From the human T2T-CHM13v2.0 reference genome, Homo sapiens: a stretch of DNA of 64,000 bases. Shown one piece after another: positions 1 to 10,400 of this stretch (positions within the stretch are counted from its first letter, which is position 1; each line of letters begins with the position of its first letter). The translations under genes and the position numbers were made by a program. Location of the stretch: assembly GCF_009914755.1 (NCBI RefSeq), contig NC_060927.1. One strand, given 5' to 3'. The notes below the pieces were generated by a model that ran no database searches, was not told the DNA's origin, and saw nothing but the letters and a program-made list of their open reading frames with translations.

Positions 1-156
1 CACACATTAGGATCACTTGGGGGAGCTTTTATATATCATGATGCCCAGGCCACAGCTCAGGCCAGAGGAGGTAGGAATCTCCATGAATGGGACCCAGGCA
101 GCAGCATATCTTAGAGTCCCCAGATAATGCAATGTGCAGTCAATGCTGACAGCCAC
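1..156. mobile_element. MER5A-like hAT-Charlie MITE (partial)
   Basis: Motifs cacattaggatcacttgggggagctttt ... gatgcccaggccaca ... aatgtgcagtcaatgctgacagccact. Confidence 0.6.
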
Positions 157-1709
157 TATATTAGATTGAAAGCAACAACTAGCAAAACATGGAAAAGGTG
201 ATCAAAAATGTATTAAAAATGCAAACAGTGATGTCCCTTATAAATTAAGGATATAAACATTACCAGTGATAATGTATTTGCTGACCACAGCCGATTATAA
301 CAGGAATCTCTGGACTTACTATTTATCTGGACTTTGTAACACTCATAGATTCTTATGCTTAGCTAAAAAATGGCGCCACCATTTTTTTTAACTTAAATCA
401 AATATCTCTTGATAATGGTGATGTTCTTGAGAAGTACCTGACCTGAGAAGATTAAAATCTCTTGAAACAGGTGAATTGAAAAGATATTATAAGTATACTG
501 TCCAGACCTAGGTACTGAGATGAATTTTAGAACTACATAGATATCAAAAGTCAAAGAAAACACAAGTATTGGAGGGAAAAAGATACTATGCTTACTAAGA
601 TTAACCCACAAGAAGATGCTAGTAATATCAATTTCTTTGGCCAAAAAAGTTTTAAAGGAAAAAGGAAGCTCTCTTCAACTGAGTTGGCTAAAAGGTTTGT
701 AAGTTTTCAGGGTCTGAAATGTCTGAATCATTTTTGCAAGTAGTGGAAAAAACAAATGGTGAAATTTTGATTGATTTTCTTTGAGATAATCTTTGGTTTA
801 TGAAGCCATAAAGCAAAACTGGGGATGATTCTAATCCCATTATTAATCTCATGATTTATTTATAGATTACTAAAACTCCATCATTAATAAAAGTTATACT
901 TCAGACTGGCATACTATCAGAATAAATAAAGAGAGTTTTTCCCTCCTGGAATTCTTAAGCCAAATACTCTCATATAATTTTGCTTATCTCAGTTTTTAAG
1001 GTCTCAAGAGCACCTCACTCCCATGGCTTTGGAAGTATCCGCTACAGCACATTAGAGCTAATTTCTCCTGATCCACCTGTTAAAATATTGACCGTACTTA
1101 TTACCATTAGGAGCAAGTTTATATGCTTAAATCTTGCCAGGTTCAGCATAAACATTGACAATGATAAGTTGGGCTGATGAAAACCAATCAATACTATTTC
1201 CTACACATCACTTTCGTAATGCCTCACAGAATTACAGGTGATTAACTGCAGAAGAATATGTCAGCAGTAAAAATTAGTGTTATCTGTGGTCCATGTTTAT
1301 TGGTCATTTAATTCTTATAAGTCAAATTATTTTGACTTAATGTGATTCTAAATTACATTAAAACCACGCAAACCAGAACCAAAATATTCATTAAGATGTA
1401 AGACTCCAATATTCATGATGAATGAACTTTCATTTAGATTTATCCTTTGTTATAAGTTAACCATATTACCTACAGTTATAAGTTTGTATAATTTAAAATA
1501 TGACAAAGAAAATATCTGCAAGAGACCAAAGCCTCAGACTTAAGAAATGTTCAGGCTTCAGCATACCTTGTTTTGGATGAAAAGTGGGTCTAAAAAATCA
1601 TCTTGTTACAGCCTGGTCAGGAGTGTGTGAAATATCTGGGCAAAGCAAAAAACAAAAAGCAAAGAAACACACAAAATTCCACTAACCACCCCCCACCCCA
1701 CTACCAAAT

Positions 1710-1791
1710 CTCTCTCACACACACACACACACAGACACACACCCACCCACCCAACTAACCAAACAAGCAAGCAAGCAAACAAACAAACAAA
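1710..1791. repeat. Compound microsatellite (CT)n(CA)n(CCCA)n(CAAG/CAAA)n
   Basis: Read directly from the sequence. Confidence 0.9.
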
Positions 1792-2594
1792 CTGAGGATG
1801 GGGGACACATTTCTTGAGTTCTGGTGGGAGTCAGGGCTCCCAGCTCTGGAGGAGTGATCTACAGCAGCATTTCTCAAAGGATGTGAGTGGATAAAACCCT
1901 TGAGATGTTCTACAGAAAAAGAGTTCTGTAGACAAATTGGAGAAGTGTCACTCACCCACTGGAGATTACCTGTGCATGTTAGTCTATTAAAGCCACTGAG
2001 AACTACTCCAGTAAAGACAAATGACAATTACCACTAGTCCAGTATTTTCCACCTTGGTTTGACAATGGACCTCTTCCCCACTCCCACTGCATTTATTAAC
2101 ATTTAGTGGAAGTTCTGTTTCTTGGAAAACATTTTGGGAAACGCTGATCCTTGAGGTGTAAAGGCTGACAACTGAGGGAAAAAAGAGTGTGCATGGAGCA
2201 AAAGAAACGGAAATGCTCAGTGAGAACCAGAAATCCCAGACTCCTGAAAGGGTGCCAGTGTCCTCAGGTGACCTCTGTTCCGGGTTTGTGATGTCCATCT
2301 CCATCTGTCATTTGCATTCTCTTCTCAATTCCCACCTTGACAGGACTTCTCAATCTGAATCTCACTTTTCTCAATTGTAAAATCAGAGCATTTAAAGAAT
2401 GATCTTGATTGTCCTTTCTAGGCCCAATTAGACAATTTTATCTTAACTAGTATAATGGAGAAAAAGAGAAAATAGAATTTGCTTGACAAGAATTCTCTTT
2501 ATGACTAACTTTTCTGGAATGCAAAATGAATGATGTACGAAATAGAAATCCTATGATAAAACCATATGTGAACAGGTGATAACAGGCAATTCTT

Positions 2595-3167
2595 TTTTTT
2601 TAATTTTTAAGTTCCAGGGTACATGTACAGGATGTGCAGGTTTGTTATGTAGGTAAACGTGTGCCATGGTGGTTTGCTGTACCTATCAACCCATCACCTA
2701 GGTTATTAAGCCCAGCATGCATTGGCTATTCTTCCTGATGCTCTCCCTCCCCTCACCCCACCCCCAACAGGCCCCAGTGTGTGCTGTTCTCTTCCCTGTG
2801 TCCATGTGTTCTCATTGTTCAGCTCCCACTTATAAGTTAGAACATGCATGTTTAGTTTTCTGTTCCTGCATTAGTTTGCTGAGGATAATGGCTTCCAGCT
2901 CCATCAATGTCCCTGCAAAGGGCATGATCTCCTTCCTTTTTATGGCTACATAGTATTCCATGGTGTATATGTACCACAATTTCTTTGTCCAGTCTACCAT
3001 TGATGGGCATTTGGGTTGATTCCATGTCTTTGCTATTGTGAATAGTGCTGCAATGAACATATGTGTGCAGGTATCCTTGTAGTAGAATGATTTATATTCC
3101 TTTGGGTATATACCCAGTAATGGGATTGCTGGGTCAAATGGTATTTCTGGTTCTAGGTCTTTGAGGA
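2595..3167 (-). mobile_element. 5'-truncated LINE-1 3' end (older L1PA, roughly L1PA8-L1PA11)
   Basis: T-tract followed by L1 3'UTR and ORF2 C-terminus ([19 protein letters not shown] in ORF 2830..3060). Degenerate TSD aggcaattctt (2584) / aggtgattctt (3168). Confidence 0.9.
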
Positions 3168-3999
3168 AGGTGATTCTTAATTTTCATTATTCTGGCCATT
3201 TTGATTGAAGTTTGACAGTCACAGGGTGTAACCTGGAACAAACCATGTTTTGATAGTGTACTTGATGTCATTCCACAGTTTTTAAAAAAGAACAGCTCAG
3301 AAACTTCCAGAAGCAAGATCTTTAATTAAAACCATGGGACAATTTTTAAATTAATTCTTTCAATTAATTGTGCTTCAGGTTGTACATTCTGTGACTACAT
3401 TATTCTTATTAAACACAGTTTGCGCCTAAAGAAGGATCAAGATGTTATTGAAATGACTGATTTAAATGAAACTAATCTAAAAATCAAGAAAATATAATAG
3501 GGCAAGATTTTTTTGGCAAAAGTGTCTATGTATTATGAATATATCAGTATTTTCCTTTAATAAAAGTTAAATTAATTGGAGATAGCAAGAACTTATAATT
3601 ACCAGGGAAACTAAATCATTGATCTGATGCCACTATTGCTGACAGTTGTTTTCCCATAATTCCCACTAACCAGCCTCTGTAATTACATGATAATTTTGAG
3701 ATTGATGACTTAAAAGTCACTTGTAAGTTGCATCCCGATTATATGAAACAAGGAACTGTTTGAATCAGTCCCCAAACTGATACCAAATTATCTTAAGATG
3801 TACTTCTACATTGAATCAATCTATTTTTTTTAGTCTCCATTTGCAATCATTTTGGATAAAAATGTTTGGTACACACTTGATTAGAAAAGTAGAAATTAAA
3901 GTCTTAAAATGAAAACTAATAATACAGGCTCTTCCTCACAGGTGCATATGCCATTAGGCAAAGCTCCTGCCTTCTCTGCATGTCAGATCTAATCTATAG

Positions 4000-4176
4000 C
4001 AATGGTCTCAACCCTGACTGCATATTGGCATGGCTGGGGAGGTTTTAAAAATTTCCAGTGCCCAGGCTACACCTGAAACTAAGCAAGTTAGACTCTCTGG
4101 GTGTAGAACCTGGGCATCGGTATTTTTATTAACTTTCCAGAAGATTCTAATATGCAATGAAATTTGATAACCAGTG
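4000..4176. mobile_element. MER5-family hAT MITE
   Basis: caatggtctcaaccctgactgcatattgg ... gattctaatatgcaatgaaatttgataaccagtg, the typical MER5 layout. Confidence 0.65.
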
Positions 4177-4566
4177 AACATGTATAGCCTAGTTAATGAA
4201 TTTCCAAGTAAACTGGTGGTACCAATTTAATTTAAAATTGGCACTGGGAAGCACATCTATTTTTGTTTTTCAACTCTTCTGTAGAAATCTCAACAGAAAT
4301 GAAGCTATAAAAAGGGGATAATAAGACCTTGTGGTAGACACCTTTAGAATGTCTACTCAGATCACAGGGACTCCTTAATTGCTTTCCTCCTTCATCCACA
4401 GAAGAGGGTCCTGGTGGCCCCTGGAACAAACAAACTGGTGAACTGGAATCCCAATTCTGGGATTTTTGAATTGACATTGGGAGTTAACATTTCTGCATGG
4501 TTGGGTATGTGGGCACTGGAGTGGTTGGGTGCTCTGGCAGGTGGACTGAGTAGCTGAGAAATGTAT

Positions 4567-4603
4567 GAGAAGAGAGAAGAGAAAAGAGAGAAGAGAGAAG
4601 AGA
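4567..4603. repeat. Purine-rich (GAGAA/GAGAGAA)n simple repeat
   Basis: Read directly from the sequence. Confidence 0.85.
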
Positions 4604-5910
4604 TGGCAAAATCAATCAGAGATGAGCGGCAGAGCCAATGCTTCTAGACTGCCAGGATAGACATCTGTGGTTTTTGCCTGTCTGACACCCCTCCCCATTT
4701 TCTTAACAGTGCCCTCTTCTCCTTCAGGGAGTATCTCATTCCCATTCCATGCGGTCCTGGGGATAACTGATGAGTTAATCCTACCATCCTCTTGCTCCTT
4801 GAGCAGAGACCTGAGGCAGAAAAAAGTGGTGCTGTCAATTTGGTGGCCATCATCATGAGAAACTGTTGGTTGCTGCTATAGGGATCTCTGGGGCTGCTCT
4901 GATGTCTGTGCCTCCCAGAGCTTGATTGTTCAGCAAGTCTTTGAATTCTGGGATCAAGGGTGTCTGTTGCTTGCAATTTAAGAATCCCAACAGAGTTCAC
5001 TACAGTCCTCTAGGTCCCAGCCCAAATCTATTCAGAGGCCTTATAGCCTTACAGCATTCTGTTTTGGGGCATTTGAGGCATTCCTGTATCCTAATTTTTT
5101 TTTTCTTCATCTAGCTCATGTTGTTTTTGATATTTATAACTACAAGTCTTCACGAATATAAATTTTAATTGACTCTCTTATTTATGTCATATGTCCCTTA
5201 TATATGGTCCTGAGACTATTTAAAGCAGAAACAAGGCCTTCCAAGCCCTATTACAATCTTTAAGGTCATAATCAACAAACCCAACTCTTTTATCATTTTG
5301 CATGCTTTGGAAAGCTTAATTTATTCATTTTCATTTTGTTAAGTATGAAGATCTTGGAGAGAAATTCATAACAAAGGCATACTTTGTGAACAACAGGATT
5401 AAAAGCTTATCAAACACAAATATGGTTCTAAATAATGTATGATACTTGGAACAGGAGTCCAAATCTACTCCTGTAAAAAGAGCTCTTACTTCCTCTATCA
5501 AGCAATATTAAATGAAATTATAGTACCACCATTAAATCCAACTGTACACCAATAAATTTTCATTTCCAATGGTACTCTTCTTTATTAAAAAATCTTTATT
5601 AAATAACAAAATATGCCAGCTAATATAATAAGTACTTCCTTGAGCTCAATATTAATATAGTTGGCACACAATTCGAGGCTGTCTACCCGAATGCAGAAGC
5701 ACATGACTTTTTCCTTGTGATCCGGCAAGCAGAGTTAGACGGACATCAACTGAAAAACCAAAGAAAGCCTCTGGGATTTCTTCAGGCCCAGGCAGGTCAC
5801 AGGAGTGGTGATGAGTGTGTGTGTGTGGCAGTGGGGGGATTTCAAAGAGGTTATTTCTATATAGATCTAGATGAATCTATTATTAGAATTCAGAGATAAT
5901 TGTCAAAATA

Positions 5911-6168
5911 TTTTTTTTTTTTTTTGAGACAGAGTCTCGCTCTGTTGCCCAGGCTGGAGTACAGTGGGGCGATCTTGGCTCACTGCAAGCTCTGACTCCT
6001 GGGTTCGCGCCATTCTCCTGCCTCAGCCTCCTGAGTAGCTGGGACTACAGGCGCCCTCCACCACACCCGGCTAATTTTTTGTATTTTTAGTAGAGATGGG
6101 GTTTCACTGTGTTAGCCAGGATGGTCTCGATCTCCTGACCTCGTGATTCACCCACCTCTGCCTCCCAA
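5911..6168 (-). mobile_element. AluY, missing about 35 nt of the 5' end
   Basis: T-tail followed by gagacagagtctcgctc. AluY diagnostics gcaagctc, gccattctcc and ttagccaggatggtctcgatctcc. Ends at cctcccaa without the A-box end. Confidence 0.92.
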
Positions 6169-6419
6169 GATTTTTTTTTTTAAAAGAAAAATACAGTGCT
6201 AAGCAGCTTAAGTGATGAACAATGTTGTGATCTCCAGCAAACTCTGGATGAACAATAATGAAATGGAAATAGTGGGTCCAGTGCCAATAAAATGTGATCA
6301 TAAAGTCTGACCAGTTCACAATGTTTCTTTTTCTAAGAGTCGAAGAGAAGGAAAGTATCATATAGGAATATTCTGGAAAAGAAAGTGGGGTGAATGAAAA
6401 GAAGCAGTTTAAAAGCTAT

Positions 6420-6870
6420 TCTTCTTACCATCATACTTTATTTTTAATACAAATGCCATAAAATAAAAGGTACCCAGGCATCTTTTAAGCAAAAATACAT
6501 TTTCTGTACATCAAGCCATCATTTACAGATTAACACTGCAAAAAATTTGAATGAATAACTCTTAATTTGTTTACATAAAATTATCTGAAATAAACAAAAT
6601 TATATGTAGAATGAGAACAAACAAGAACCAATTCAAACTCCTAAAATCTTGCCTCTGTATTAATTTCTTCAGTTTCAAAATCATACTCATCTACAAAAGG
6701 AATATAGGTATTCTTAACGTTGAACATTATTTACAAAATGAATTCGTTTCTCTCAGTTACTGTTGATTTTGTGGTCACCCAACACATAAGTTGTGGTGAC
6801 TCCTTAAGCGACCCTGAACTGCTATTCTGCTCCAGCTGGGAGTGCCTGCTCTCTGCCCCGGAAGGAGGCA
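6420..6870 (-). other. CFAP20DC: Probable 3' UTR of CFAP20DC (about 450 nt)
   Basis: Repeat-free AT-rich sequence between the stop codon and the AATAAA/ATTAAA pair. The 3' end position is approximate. Confidence 0.65.
6437..6448 (-). terminator. Polyadenylation signal (ATTAAA at 6448-6443 followed by AATAAA at 6442-6437)
   Basis: Plus strand reads tttatt tttaat, which is ATTAAA AATAAA on the minus strand. It is the first canonical AATAAA I found downstream of the stop. Confidence 0.65.
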
Positions 6871-6983
6871 TTATACCAACTCATAGTATTTCCCTGTTTG
6901 GGGGTCAAAGTAACAGTTCAGACAAGGGTCATACAACAAAGTCAGTACTTCCTCGTCCTCTTCCACACTGAGGTCTTCTTCAC
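6871..6983 (-). CDS. CFAP20DC: Terminal coding exon of CFAP20 domain-containing protein (C3orf67): (G)[36 protein letters not shown]
   Basis: The minus strand has a pyrimidine tract and acceptor, ttccccttccccacag|GTGAAGAAGAC, and stop TAA at 6873-6871. Phase 1 joins exactly to the exon at 18180-18274 (G|GT = Gly). The peptide matches my recollection of the CFAP20DC C-terminus. Confidence 0.93.
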
Positions 6984-7929
6984 CTGTGGGGAAGGGGAAC
7001 CACAGACACATTAGCTGTTGGCTTGGCCCGGAATCCCCAAACAAGGGCAACGAAGCAGGAATCACCATCTCTCCTGGGGGATTTTCTTTATGCAGGTAGA
7101 AGGTTTAGGCCTGAAGGAAGAGCACTGTGGAAGTGGTGAGACTCTAAACATGTGGTTCCAGGTGGAGAAGAAACACCAGTGACCAGAAGGACCAACTTCT
7201 TGACAAAGGACAAGAAAAACTGAGTGTGGAGAACTGGCAGGAGGGGAAGGAAGAAAGGGAGAGGGCCAAAAGACTTAAGAGTTATGCTTATTAGGATTAG
7301 GAAACTTGCCAGGATCCAAAACTAATTGTCACAGTTCTAAACTTCTTCATGGGCCAGAGCTGTACAAAATGCAAAACAGTGCAAACTAACTAATAAAATA
7401 GAAAACTTGATCCGCATTCAATCATCCTAAAAAGGCTACCAAACAAATATGAATTAAAATAATAGAACTATAAGATACATAGAACAGACAACATACACAG
7501 AAAAAAAATGTCAGGTGATTTGTAGTTTTATTAGTGGTGGCGGGAAGTCTGCTCAGTGTTTTGGGGATAGAACATGGCTTGATGTTTTCTCTCGTGACAG
7601 CCATTTAGATGGATTGGACAGAGAGGACAACTGTCTAAGTCATTATCGAGGCCTGCTGGCTTCCAACAAATGGCATGAAATGAAAAAAAAAAAACAACTG
7701 TTCTACAAAGATGTTTCCTGAGCACCTTTTATGTGTTCAGTGTTGTGCTAAGTACTTTTGTATTCAAAAGTGAGTGCATTCTGAGTACTTCTGAAAGTTC
7801 ATGTAATGAGTTCAGGGACTGAGAGGTCAAGACCTTCCCAGCCAGAGAAGATCAGAGAGTAGGCTCAGGTAGAAAGAGGTAATAAGAAAACACTCCTCTC
7901 CCTTCAATAGCACAGGCTATTAAAGACCG

Positions 7930-7968
7930 AAACCAAACCAAAACCAAACCCCAAACCCAACCCAACCC
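7930..7968. repeat. (AAACC)n-like degenerate simple repeat
   Basis: Read directly from the sequence. Confidence 0.7.
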
Positions 7969-8519
7969 TGAAGCTTTGGGCTATGTGCTCACCAGGGTGA
8001 GCTTCAGAAGAGTTTGGATGGTGGGTATGGTGCAGGGCTCACTCATAATAGAGGTGCAATAAAAATGGAATGTTTGTTGAAGGTGTAAATAAAAGCCCAT
8101 GATCTTAAGTGTCACTGCCTAGAGGAAGGGAGGATGGTGGTGGTGGTTGTGGGGTTCCATCTTACTCAGCCAAAATCAGACCAAGCTGGTGCCTGAACAT
8201 TGTCAGGACATTGACAAACTGGAGTTAAGTCCAAGGGAGTGGTGCCTACATGGTGAAGTGGGGGTTTAAAACTGTACCACAGCCACTCCTCTGCCCACTT
8301 TTCTCCTAACCATCCAAAAACACATTTAGTGTGATCCTTCCATGAGCCGGACACTGAGTTAGGTGTTCAGGACATGATGACAAGAAACAATCCCTATTCT
8401 AATGGACTATGCAGAGAAACAGGTGAAATGTGAAATCTGCTGATTCTTGTGAGTTGAGGGCAGTGCTAGCAGTCTTTAAAAGTGGAGTTCAACTGAGGAA
8501 TGATTACATCTGCCTTGGT

Positions 8520-8755
8520 TGCTAATACCTCATTGGTAGAGCCCTTGATGGTTTAGAAAGCTCTTTCTCATGTAGTAGTTCATTTGGCCCTCATGACCCT
8601 GTGGAATACGCAGGAATTATCATGCCCATTTTATAGATGAGGAAACCAGGGTTCACAAAGTTGAACAGCTCATCTGAGGTTTGTTGGTGAGTTAGAGGCA
8701 GAGCTGGGGACACTCTCAGTTTCCAGAGTAAGAGTTCAGTGTTCTTTCTACCAGT
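8520..8755 (-). mobile_element. MIR SINE
   Basis: MIR core attatcatgcccattttatagatgaggaaaccagggttcacaaag. Confidence 0.8.
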
Positions 8756-9365
8756 CAGAGTACTTTGTACCAGTCTATTCAGTCGGACCTTGATTATGCT
8801 AAAGGAGTGGTGTAACATGTTTAATTCGGAGCTATTACATTGAAGGAATTTAGACATAGAAAAGACTAATAAAAAATTTAAAAGTGTCCTACATTTTAAT
8901 AAGTCAGGTTTGGAAACAAAGAAATCTGATTTCTCATAGTTCAAAAATATTGTTAAAGATGAGAGAGTCCCTGGGGGAGGGCAGAGGCAAACAGTTCAAT
9001 AAGTCCAAAGGAAATGGGCTTGTTAACTCCAGAAAAGAGAAAGCTTGATGAGGTGACAGCAGCCCTTCTGGATTCAAGCATATGAAGGGTGGCATAGGAG
9101 TGAGAAGTTAAGAAAATCTGGGGTTCCAGGAGGAAGCCATAGGATCAACAGGTGGAAGCTAAGAGGAGCCATTTTTTTGGGGAGGCTTAGCACAAGGAAG
9201 AATTTTCTAAGCATTAGAGCTGACCAGCAAATGAAACATGTACTCTGGAAAGGGTGAAGCAGAGAGTGGGGCAACGATTTGTGCAGAATTTTGTAGATGA
9301 ACTGTGCTTAGAACAGGGGACCAGATCCAATGATCCCTGTAGTGCTTTTGATGAGCTTCTGTGAC
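8756..9365 (+). mobile_element. CR1/L3 LINE 3' relic
   Basis: Degenerate L3 motifs (ataggatcaacaggtggaagctaagagg, cacaaggaagaattttctaagcattagagctg). Boundaries are approximate. Confidence 0.5.
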
Positions 9366-9834
9366 TCTGGGCTGCAGCAGTTTATATCTTTGAAGTATGA
9401 AAGGACTTTGCTAACAACCACATTAATAATGGTAGCTGACCTGACCACCCTGCACAGTTTCTAATTAAGAACAGGAACTCAGAGAAGGAAGGCTGCGTTT
9501 CCTTTATCTTCTTCTGTTGTCTTCAGAGTCCCCAGGGCCCTGCCTCTATCCTTGAGAGTATTCCTCAAATGGTCATTCCATATTGAAAATGACCCCCTTT
9601 AGATCACTTTTTCACATCAAAGGAGAGTATGTACATCCTCTACTTTCAGATATTCAATCCATTATGCCTTTAAAGTTTGGACTACTTGAGAGAAATGAAT
9701 AAAGTTAGTTTATCAATTAGTATCTGCTATGTGATTGAGCTGGGCATAGTCTAGTTGTGAATGTGACACAAACACATGAAGCAAAAGCAGCTACTAAAGA
9801 TTAATGAGGAGTTAAACTGGAAGGCTCTACTGCT

Positions 9835-10075
9835 GAGTGGCTAAGAGCACTCAAGGGCTCTAGAATCCAATACACTGGGGGCGAATGGAAGCTGGGCTGC
9901 TTACTGCCTAAAGCTGGCTACAGATCATTTCACCTCATCGGACCTTGGTTTCCTTGTTTACAAAATGGGAATAACAATGCCTATTTGGTAGGGTTTTGAG
10001 GAAGATTAAATTAGACACTGGTAATATGCATAACACAGCACACATAGTAGTTGTTTAATAAATGATAGTTACTAT
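9835..10075 (+). mobile_element. MIR SINE
   Basis: ccttggtttccttgtttacaaaatgggaataacaatgcctattt ... gaagattaaattag ... cacatagtagttgtttaataaatg. Confidence 0.75.
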
Positions 10076-10199
10076 TAGGGATGATAATATAATAAATCAT
10101 GAACTATAGGCTATAACTTTCTTAGTAACTCAGGATGGAAGTACTGATGTCGCTTAAAGTGTGAAGAAAAGGCTTCATAGAGGCAGGAAGGATGATGTT

Positions 10200-10400
10200 T
10201 AGACAATGGAGTCAGACAAACTCAGGTCCAAATCCCATTTCTACCATATCACAGCTGTGGGATATTGGGAAATTCACTGCTCTGAGCCCCAGCTTCCTCA
10301 TATGTAAAGTACAGATAATAAAAGTACCTGTCATTGTTCCTATGAGGACTAAATAACACTCAGCACATGTACACAGTAAGTACTCAGTAAATGTTATCAC
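10200..10400 (+). mobile_element. MIR SINE
   Basis: ggagtcagacaaactcaggtccaaatccc ... ctgagccccagcttcctcatatgtaaag ... cagtaagtactcagtaaatg. Confidence 0.75.

Noticed and set aside
6984-7068. N-terminal part of ORF 6871..7068 ([10 protein letters not shown]...)
   Set aside because: This is intronic read-through upstream of the splice acceptor at 6984. Only 6871-6983 is exon.
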